Assembly (NCBI GenBank): GCA_965247635.1
Contig: CBDFHJ010000010.1
Span: 773,918 to 837,917, forward strand
Length of the DNA: 64,000 nucleotides
Direction of reading: 5' to 3'
Origin: Dehalococcoidia bacterium
GTDB taxonomy: Bacteria > Chloroflexota > Dehalococcoidia > Lucifugimonadales > Australimonadaceae
Positions 17,723 through 24,795 of this stretch are shown in pieces; position 1 is the first letter of the stretch; the number at the start of each line of letters is the position of its first letter. The position numbers were made by a program, and so were the translations under genes. Below the pieces are notes generated by a model. That model was not told where the DNA came from and searched no databases. It saw only the letters and a program-made list of their open reading frames with translations.

Positions 17723-18439
17723 ATGAGCACTATTCCTTCAGGTTTGCCAGACGCCAAGACGGTGGGCGCGGTCATCGTCGCGGCAGGCGACAGCACCCGC
17801 ATGGAGGGTGTGGACAAGACCTTCGCGCCCCTGGGCGGTGAGCCGCTCATCGCCCATACCGTTGACGCCTTCGAGCGTTGCCCAGCCGTGGGAACGGTCG
17901 TCCTCGTGGTTGCGGAGGCCAGCCAGGAGGAAGCATCGCGCCTGGTGAAGCAACGGAAGTGGCAGAAGGTGCACGCGGTGGCGCCGGGCGGCCCTCGTCG
18001 GCAGGACTCGGTGGCCTCTGGCATGGCAGCGTTGCCACCCTGCGAATGGGTCGTGATCCACGATGGCGCACGACCCCTGGTGACGCCGGTGCTGATCACC
18101 GAAGGCCTGAAGGAGGTAGCGATCACGGGGGCCATCATCGCCGCCGTGCCGTCCAAGGACACCGTGAAGGTTGTTGGGGCTGGAGGAGAGGTCGAATTCA
18201 CCCCCGACCGTCGGGAGATATGGATGATCCAGACCCCCCAGGTGTTCAACCGCGCCCTCTTGGAGTGGGTCCATGGGCAGGTGAAGACCGAATCGACCGA
18301 CGACGCCGCCATGGTGGAGCGCATGGGCGTGCCGGTGCGAGTGTTCATGGGCTCCTACACCAACATCAAGGTGACCACACCCGAGGACTTGCTGGTGGCC
18401 GAGGTGCTGCTGGCCGGTCAAAAGGGTGGAGGCCGCTAG
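17723..18439 (+). CDS. ispD: 2-C-methyl-D-erythritol 4-phosphate cytidylyltransferase
   Basis: AVIVAAGDSTRM..DK.FAPLGGEP, HDGARPLV, and QTPQVF. Confidence 0.9.
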   Translation: MSTIPSGLPDAKTVGAVIVAAGDSTRMEGVDKTFAPLGGEPLIAHTVDAFERCPAVGTVVLVVAEASQEEASRLVKQRKWQKVHAVAPGGPRRQDSVASGMAALPPCEWVVIHDGARPLVTPVLITEGLKEVAITGAIIAAVPSKDTVKVVGAGGEVEFTPDRREIWMIQTPQVFNRALLEWVHGQVKTESTDDAAMVERMGVPVRVFMGSYTNIKVTTPEDLLVAEVLLAGQKGGGR

Positions 18440-18970
18440 ATGGTGCGTTTCGGTATCGGCTACGATGCCCACGCTCTGGTCGCGGGGCGCCCGCTGATGC
18501 TGGCCGGGGTACACGTCCCCTTTGGCAGCGGCCTGGAGGGCCATAGCGACGGTGACGTGGCCTGCCACGCCATCGCCGATGCCTTGCTGGGCGCTGCGGC
18601 GCTAGGGGACCTGGGCACGCATTTCAAGCCGGCTGGGGTCCGGGGGCGCGGTGAGCGGCCCCCGGTGAATGCGGACACCTCCACCGTACCGCCAGGCGTC
18701 TCGAGCCTGTCGCTGCTGGAGAGGACCGGAGAGATGGTGCGGGAGCGCGGCTGGCAGGTGGAAAACGTGGATGCTACAATTGTCGCCCAGCGTCCGCGCC
18801 TTGCAGAGCACGTACTCGCCATGCGTCAGGCGGTGGCCCAGGCCCTGGGCATCACCGACGAACGCGTAAGCGTCAAGGCCACCACCACCGACGGTCTGGG
18901 CTTCACCGGCACCGGCGAGGGCATTGCCGCCTACGCCGTCGCCTCCCTGACCGCCCGCTCTCCGGAATAA
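18440..18970 (+). CDS. ispF: 2-C-methyl-D-erythritol 2,4-cyclodiphosphate synthase carrying an internal repeat-derived insertion
   Basis: FGIGYDAHAL, GLEGHSDGDV, and VKATTTDGLGFTGTGEGIAA. The segment between HF and LL is about 15 aa longer than in canonical IspF and contains the hairpin repeat at 18635-18663. Confidence 0.9.
   Translation: MVRFGIGYDAHALVAGRPLMLAGVHVPFGSGLEGHSDGDVACHAIADALLGAAALGDLGTHFKPAGVRGRGERPPVNADTSTVPPGVSSLSLLERTGEMVRERGWQVENVDATIVAQRPRLAEHVLAMRQAVAQALGITDERVSVKATTTDGLGFTGTGEGIAAYAVASLTARSPE
18635..18663. repeat. 29-nt GC hairpin repeat, in frame inside ispF
   Basis: GGGGTCCGGGGGCGCGGTGAGCGGCCCCC. It is identical to 19944-19972 apart from one base and related to 13779-13810. 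Confidence 0.8.
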
Positions 18971-18975
18971 AGCCC

Positions 18976-20442
18976 ATGAAGATCTACGACACGCTCACCG
19001 GCCAGAAGCGGGAGTTCACCCCTGTGTCGGACGTGGTACGCATGTACGTCTGCGGCGTCACGCCCTACGCGCCGGCCCACGTGGGCCACGCCATGTGCGC
19101 CATCGTCTTCGACATGGTCCGCCGGTACCTGGAGTACCGTGGGTATCGGGTGCGCCACGTGCAGAACTTCACCGATATCGATGACAAGCTCATCGACCGG
19201 GCGCAGTTGGAGAGAACCACCGTTACCGCCCTGGCCGAGCGACACATCGACGACTATTTCCGGGATATGGACGCCCTCAACGTCCGGCGGGCCCACGACT
19301 ACCCCCGCGCCACCCAGGAGATTCCCCGGATGGTGGAGGTCATCGCGACGCTCATAGACAAGGGCTCCGCGTACCACGCTGACGGCGACGTCTACTTTCG
19401 CGTGACGCGGGACCCCAGCTACGGGAAGCTGAGCCACCGTACTTTGGACAGTATGCGGGCCATCGCCCGGGTCGAGGCCGGCGAGTACAAGGAGCATCCC
19501 ATGGACTTCGCCCTCTGGAAGGCGGCCAAGCCGGGCGAGCCCCAGTGGGACAGCCCGTGGGGGCCTGGCAGGCCGGGGTGGCACGTGGAGTGCAGCGCCA
19601 TGGCGCTGGGCTACCTGGGCGAGCCGGTGGACATCCACGGCGGCGGTCAGGACCTGGTCTTTCCTCATCACGAAAACGAGATCGCCCAGAGCGAGGCGTA
19701 CACAGGCCATCAACCCTTCGTCCAGTTCTGGCTCCACAACGGGCTCATGCATATGGACCAGGAGAAGATGAGCAAGTCGTTGGGCAACATGGTGACCGTT
19801 GAGGATGCGCTGGAGCACGTCTCCGCCGACACGTTGCGCATGGCTGTTCTTGGCTCCCACTACCGCAGCCCCAGCGGCTACTCCGACGACCTGCTCGACG
19901 CCGCCGGGCGAGGCATGGCCCGTCTCCGTCAGGCTGCGGTCTTGGGGTCTGGGGGCGCGGTGAGCGGCCCCCAGCAGATTCAAGGGTCTGAGGGCGCCAG
20001 TGACAAGTCGGTCCGAAGGACTCCGGACTCCTTCGGAGGACAGTCGCCCGCCGAGGCGTTGGACCCGTCGCCGCACCGGGATAGGTTCGTGGCGGCCATG
20101 GACGACGATTTCAACACTCCCCAGGCGTTAGCGGCGCTCTTCGACCTGGCCCGCGATATCAACCGCGCCGCCGAGGGCGGTCAGGCGGTGGCGGAAGCCC
20201 AACAGACGTTGCAAGAGCTGGGCCGCGAGGTCCTGGGCTTTACCTTTGCGGACGACCAACCCCAGGTTCCAGCCGAGCTGGGGGCACAAGTCCAGGAGCT
20301 GGTGGAGCGCCGCACCCGGCTCCGGACCGAGCGCGACTTCGCGGGCGCCGACGCTGTACGCGACGAGTTGGCCCAGCTGAACGTGACGTTGACCGACACG
20401 CCCACCGGGACGACCTGGCGTTGGGGTGGGCCCGCCAGCTAA
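18976..20442 (+). CDS. cysS: cysteinyl-tRNA synthetase carrying internal repeat-derived insertions
   Basis: HVGHA and KMSKS motifs, and AMDDDFNTP. The linker before AMDDDFNTP is about 27 aa longer than in E. coli CysS and contains two dispersed repeats. Confidence 0.9.
   Translation: MKIYDTLTGQKREFTPVSDVVRMYVCGVTPYAPAHVGHAMCAIVFDMVRRYLEYRGYRVRHVQNFTDIDDKLIDRAQLERTTVTALAERHIDDYFRDMDALNVRRAHDYPRATQEIPRMVEVIATLIDKGSAYHADGDVYFRVTRDPSYGKLSHRTLDSMRAIARVEAGEYKEHPMDFALWKAAKPGEPQWDSPWGPGRPGWHVECSAMALGYLGEPVDIHGGGQDLVFPHHENEIAQSEAYTGHQPFVQFWLHNGLMHMDQEKMSKSLGNMVTVEDALEHVSADTLRMAVLGSHYRSPSGYSDDLLDAAGRGMARLRQAAVLGSGGAVSGPQQIQGSEGASDKSVRRTPDSFGGQSPAEALDPSPHRDRFVAAMDDDFNTPQALAALFDLARDINRAAEGGQAVAEAQQTLQELGREVLGFTFADDQPQVPAELGAQVQELVERRTRLRTERDFAGADAVRDELAQLNVTLTDTPTGTTWRWGGPAS
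19944..19972. repeat. 29-nt GC hairpin repeat, in frame inside cysS
   Basis: GGGGTCTGGGGGCGCGGTGAGCGGCCCCC. Confidence 0.8.
20006..20039. repeat. 34-nt hairpin repeat, in frame inside cysS
   Basis: AGTCGGTCCGAAGGACTCCGGACTCCTTCGGAGG (9-bp stem TCCGAAGGA/TCCTTCGGA). It is identical to the intergenic copy at 33322-33355. Confidence 0.85.
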
Positions 20443-20446
20443 AGGA

Positions 20447-20535
20447 TACTCGCCCGTTCGTCCTGTCCGATGATGCTATGATCGTCGGACTCTCGACGAG
20501 TCGGAGAGCCTGTCGAAGGACGAGCGGGTGCACTC
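20447..20535 (+). repeat. about 89-nt nested hairpin repeat (long form)
   Basis: ACTCGCCCGTTCGTCCTG-[TCCGATGATGCTATGATCGTCGGACTCTCGACGAGTCGGAG]-AGCCTGTCGAAGGACGAGCGGGTG. It is a direct repeat of 21203-21292. Confidence 0.8.
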
Positions 20536-20541
20536 AACACC

Positions 20542-21174
20542 ATGAATAGCCCCAACCTTTCTCGCATCGTCGTAGTCGGCACCACCGGCTCCGGCAAGAC
20601 CACCGTGGCCAGGCGGCTTGCCCAGCTGCTCGGCGTACCCCATATCGAGCTGGACGCGCTGAATTGGCAACCCAACTGGGTCGGGCTCGCCGAACACGAC
20701 CTGCAGGAGTTTCGACGCCGCGTTGACACAGCGGTGGATGCCTCCAACGATTGGGTAACCGACGGCAACTATAGGGTGGTCCGCGATATCGTCTGGGGCC
20801 ACGCCGCGAACGTGGTCTGGCTGGACTATCCGCTGTGGCTCATCATGTGGCGTCTGTTTCGACGCACTGTTCGGCGAGCCTGGACCCGAGAGGAACTGTG
20901 GAACGGAAACCGCGAATCGTTCCGCAAAGGGTTCCTCAGCCGCGACTCCCTGTTCCTGTGGGCGCTTCAGAGCCACTCGCGGAGACGTCGCGAGTATCCT
21001 GTCCTCTTGGCCCAGCCTGAGCACGCCCACCTCCGGGTGTTCCGCCACCGCTGGCCACGTGAGACCGAGCGCTGGCTGCGGCGGCTTGCGGCCAGCGTTG
21101 GTGATAAGCCTGCTGCTCAACCAGGGCCTGGCGAAGGGTCTTTGGAACGAGATTCTTCGCTGCATTCAGAATGA
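20542..21174 (+). CDS. small P-loop NTPase (adenylate-kinase / FlaR-like)
   Basis: Walker A is VVGTTGSGKTTVARRL, plus VVWLDYPLWLIMWRLFRRTVRR. The last ~15 codons run into repeat DNA. Confidence 0.55.
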   Translation: MNSPNLSRIVVVGTTGSGKTTVARRLAQLLGVPHIELDALNWQPNWVGLAEHDLQEFRRRVDTAVDASNDWVTDGNYRVVRDIVWGHAANVVWLDYPLWLIMWRLFRRTVRRAWTREELWNGNRESFRKGFLSRDSLFLWALQSHSRRRREYPVLLAQPEHAHLRVFRHRWPRETERWLRRLAASVGDKPAAQPGPGEGSLERDSSLHSE

Positions 21175-21292
21175 CAGGGACAGATATCGTATCGTCGGCT
21201 AGAGGGCACTCACCCGTTCGTCCTGTCCGATGATGCTATGCTCGTCGGACTCTCGACGAGTCGGAGAGCCTGTCGAAGGGCGAGCGGGTTCC
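21135..21292 (+). repeat. composite repeat (GAGATTCTTCG..TCAGAATGACAGGGACAGATA unit plus the long nested hairpin)
   Basis: Matches 17540-17655 (short hairpin form) and 20447-20535 (long form). Confidence 0.8.
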
Positions 21293-21309
21293 GAGGGGAG
21301 AGACGAGGC

Positions 21310-22719
21310 ATGAGCAACGACGGCCTCATTCGGTCACTCCAAGCGATCGTTGGCCCGGACGCCGTCTTCACCGACGAGGAAAGCCTCGAACGATTCTCCT
21401 TCGACGCCTTAGGCCCCTACCGCCTGTTTGGCCGGGAGGAGCTGGTGGAGTGCCGGGTCGACGCGCTCGTCCGGCCCGCCACCACTCGGCAGGTGTCCGA
21501 GGTGCTTCGGCTGGCCAACGAGGGCGGCGTGGCCGTGGTGCCCTACGGTGGCGGCACCGGCGTCATGGGGGCCGTTATCCCGCTGCGTGGTGGTATCGCC
21601 CTGGACATGCGAGGCATGGACCGCGTCGTGGAGATGCTGCCCGCCGAGCGGCTGGTCCGGGTGCAGCCGGGCGTGCTGCTAGACGACCTGGGACGAGAGG
21701 CGGAGCGTCACGGCCTGATGCTGGGCCACGACCCGTGGAGCCTTTCGATCGCCACCGTGGGCGGCGCTATCTCCACCGACAGCGTGGGGTATCGCGCCAG
21801 CAAGTACGGCTCCATGGGAGACCAGGTGCGCGCCCTGGAGGTGGTCCTGGCCGACGGCTCCATAGCCCGGACGCGGCCGCTGGCCCGTCTCAGCAGCGGT
21901 CCGGGCCTCAACCGCCTCTTCGTGGGCGCCGAAGGCACCATGGGCGTGATTACCGAGGCCACGGTCCAGCTCTTCACCCAACCGGAGGAGCGGTCCTTCG
22001 CCACCGTGGGCTTCTCTTCGTTTGAGGCCGGCTACCCGGTGGTGGTGCGGCTGTTCGACTTGGGCCTGGTGCCCGCGCTGGTGGACCTGACGGAGGAGCC
22101 GCCCGACGAAGGCGCCGAAGGGTTTCCCTGCCTGCTCTACCTGGGCTTCGAGGGGTACGTCCAAGAGGTGGCTGCCCAGCGGGAGCGGGCGCTGGTTGAA
22201 TCGGTGGCCGCCGGGGGTACGGACCTCGGCCCAAAGCCCACGGAGCGCTACTGGAAGCACCGGCACGACTCGGCCCACCGATGGCGGGAGTACGTGCAGC
22301 CGCTGCGTCCCACGGAACGGTGGACCAGCACCCAGTGGCGGGCCTCCGACTATCTGCACCTGTCGCTACCGGTCTCCGCGGTGCTGGAGTACCACCGGCG
22401 CGCCAAGGAGATCGTGGCGGAGCACGAGCTGGTGATACGCGAGACGGCCGTCTGGACCGGCCCGCAGCTTTTCTCCATGATGCTGACGGACCCGAAGGGT
22501 GGCGAGGGAGCGCGACAGGCGGTGCTGGCCAAGGCTGTCGAGGAGCTGTTGCGTATGGCGCTGGCCGTAGGAGGCGGTATCGAGTACTGCCACGGCATTG
22601 GCATGAAGCTGGCCCCGCTCATGGCCGACGAGTGGGCCGACGCCCTTCCCCTGGCCCGCGGCGTGAAGCAGGCGATAGACCCCCGCGAGATCCTGAACCC
22701 GGGCAAGCTGGGGCTGTAG
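21310..22719 (+). CDS. FAD-linked oxidase (GlcD / D-lactate dehydrogenase family)
   Basis: VVPYGGGTGVMGA in the FAD_binding_4 region and a C-terminal ..EYCHGIGMKL..ILNPGKL. The ATG at 21310 is preferred because 21238-21300 is repeat DNA. Confidence 0.8.
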   Translation: MSNDGLIRSLQAIVGPDAVFTDEESLERFSFDALGPYRLFGREELVECRVDALVRPATTRQVSEVLRLANEGGVAVVPYGGGTGVMGAVIPLRGGIALDMRGMDRVVEMLPAERLVRVQPGVLLDDLGREAERHGLMLGHDPWSLSIATVGGAISTDSVGYRASKYGSMGDQVRALEVVLADGSIARTRPLARLSSGPGLNRLFVGAEGTMGVITEATVQLFTQPEERSFATVGFSSFEAGYPVVVRLFDLGLVPALVDLTEEPPDEGAEGFPCLLYLGFEGYVQEVAAQRERALVESVAAGGTDLGPKPTERYWKHRHDSAHRWREYVQPLRPTERWTSTQWRASDYLHLSLPVSAVLEYHRRAKEIVAEHELVIRETAVWTGPQLFSMMLTDPKGGEGARQAVLAKAVEELLRMALAVGGGIEYCHGIGMKLAPLMADEWADALPLARGVKQAIDPREILNPGKLGL

Positions 22720-22812
22720 CCTCGGCTGGCCGGTGCACTCGCTGCAGTGTCCCGTTGGGACCGTTAGTCAGCCCACACTAAGCAGATTCCCTAGCAAGAG
22801 GCTAGGGTTGGG

Positions 22813-23274
22813 TTACCTGACAGTGGCCTCGTCGAGCACCAGTGGCCTTGCCCCTCCGCCTCCCTCGCGCATCACGCGACGGGCCTCCTCCATCTCCATC
22901 TTCTCGCTGAAGATCTCCAGGCGATTGCCATCGGGGTCTTCGAAGTAAACGCTGGAGGTGACGTTGTGCTCGGACAGGTTGGTGATCTGAGCGCCGCAGT
23001 CAATCAGCCGCTGGTGGAGGATGCGCAACTCGTCGAGGCCACCGTCTATCTGCATGGCGATGTGGTTCAGGCCCAACTCTCCCCGCTCCACGCCTTCAGG
23101 CGCCTGAAAGAGCGCGATGTCATGGTGCTGGGTGCCGAAAGAGAGGAAGGCCATGTGCCGCTCCGGGTTGTGGATCATAACCTCCATCCCTAAGGCCTCG
23201 GTGTAGAACTTTAGAGATTCCTCGGTGTTACGAACGTTGAGGACTACGTGGCCGATCTTGTTAACTTTCGGCAT
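22813..23274 (-). CDS. VOC-family protein (glyoxalase / extradiol dioxygenase fold)
   Basis: IGHVVLNVRNTEESLKFYTEALGMEV, HHDIALF, LNHIAMQ, and YFEDPDGNRLEI. Confidence 0.8.
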   Translation of the reverse strand: MPKVNKIGHVVLNVRNTEESLKFYTEALGMEVMIHNPERHMAFLSFGTQHHDIALFQAPEGVERGELGLNHIAMQIDGGLDELRILHQRLIDCGAQITNLSEHNVTSSVYFEDPDGNRLEIFSEKMEMEEARRVMREGGGGARPLVLDEATVR

Positions 23275-23573
23275 GGGATGCCTCCTCCCTAGGGGATACG
23301 GGTATTGTAGTGGGACACTGCTACGAAAACAACGCGCTAGGGGGTTCCCCAGGAGGAAGGGGCGACGGCTCCGGGCTCGTAGCTACCCTTGGTGGCATAG
23401 ACCCACGCCGCACCCTCAACCCGGCAAGCTAGGGCTATAAGTGCGCACAGGGGCACCTGCTTGCAATACTCTGACGGCGCACCCCCGCGCTGGACGCTTT
23501 CAGCCGCTTGAATGCGCGCGATGTCGTGGTATAACGGGGGCGCACCTTGCGCTGGAAGTAGAAGGAGGCCTCG

Positions 23574-24554
23574 ATGGAGTACCGGAAGCTGGGCAACTCG
23601 GACCTGGAAGTGTCGGTGACCGGCCTGGGCGGCAACACCTTTGGCCCGCCGCGTCTGGACGAGGCTATGTCCATCAAGTGCATCCATAGGGCGCTGGACC
23701 TGGGGATCAACTTCGTGGACACGTCCATCGGCTATGGCCAAGGCCAGAGTGAGCTGTACCTGGCCAAGGCGCTCAAGGGCCGCCAGAGCGAGATGCTCAT
23801 CGGCACCAAGTTCAACCTTCGCGAGGTGGGCGAGGAGAGCGTCGGCGCCACGATCGCCAAGCAATGCGACGAGAGCCTCCGCAAGCTCGAGACGGACCAC
23901 AGCGACCTGTACCAGCACGCCGGCAACGCCGACGTATCCATCGAAGAGCTCCTCCGGGCGCTGCAAGACCTGGTCCAGGCGGGCAAGGTGCGGTACGTCG
24001 GCACGGTGAACTACTCCTCCTGGCGGCAGACCCGCACTATCCACGCGGCCAGTGGCCAGGACCTGCCGGAGCTCGTCTCCTCGCAGCACAACTACAACAT
24101 GGTGCGGCGGCACGTGGAACTGGAAGTGCTGCCCATGTGCGAAGCCTACAACGTGGGCTTCCTGCCCAACGCCACGCTGGCGGGCGGCTACCTGACTGAC
24201 AAGTACACGAAGGGCCAGCCGGCCCCGGAGGGTACCCGTGGCGCCGCCGGCAGCCCCATGGTGACGCGGACCCGCACCGCCCAAAACGAGGAGACCCAGG
24301 ACACGCTGAAGGGCTGGGCCCACGACCGCGGCCACACCCTAGGCGAGCTGGCACTGGCGCGGCTGGCGGCCTGCCCCCAGGTCTCGTCCATCCTGACCGG
24401 CGTGAGCACGCCCCAGCAGGTTGAGGAGAACGTGAAGGAGAGTGAGTGGAAGCTGACGGCGGAGGAGAAGGAGGAGGTGGACACGATCGCCGACTGGGCC
24501 GGCAGCTTCGAGCGCATCGAAGGGTCCATCCGCCAGCCCGGAGGGGGCGGCTAG
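23574..24554 (+). CDS. aldo/keto reductase
   Basis: MEYRKLGNSDLEVSVTGLGGNTFG, FVDTSIGYGQGQSE, and KVRYVGTVNYS. GAAGGAGG lies upstream of the start. Confidence 0.85.
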   Translation: MEYRKLGNSDLEVSVTGLGGNTFGPPRLDEAMSIKCIHRALDLGINFVDTSIGYGQGQSELYLAKALKGRQSEMLIGTKFNLREVGEESVGATIAKQCDESLRKLETDHSDLYQHAGNADVSIEELLRALQDLVQAGKVRYVGTVNYSSWRQTRTIHAASGQDLPELVSSQHNYNMVRRHVELEVLPMCEAYNVGFLPNATLAGGYLTDKYTKGQPAPEGTRGAAGSPMVTRTRTAQNEETQDTLKGWAHDRGHTLGELALARLAACPQVSSILTGVSTPQQVEENVKESEWKLTAEEKEEVDTIADWAGSFERIEGSIRQPGGGG

Positions 24555-24794
24555 CGCGGCCCCTCCCTTAGCTCTCGGCTCAGGTCGTCGGTGTCCCGCT
24601 GGAGGTCGGCCAGCGCCTCCGGGTCATCATGGAGCGGCACCAGCGTACCGAGCGCCGTGAGCAGGCCGTCGCGGTACACGTTCAGGGCCCCGCCGCCAGG
24701 AGCTGGGCTTCTCCCAGGACGAAGCGCGCCAGGAGCACCCGCTGCGGCGTCTCCCACGAGGCTAGGTTTGCCTCTACGGAGTTGCCCCCACCCG
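24406..24794 (+). repeat. left copy of a 0.39-kb direct repeat
   Basis: About 90 percent identical to 27314-27701. It covers the functional AKR 3' end plus a dead copy of the 3' end of the gene at 27459-28331. Confidence 0.9.
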
Positions 24795-24795
24795 T

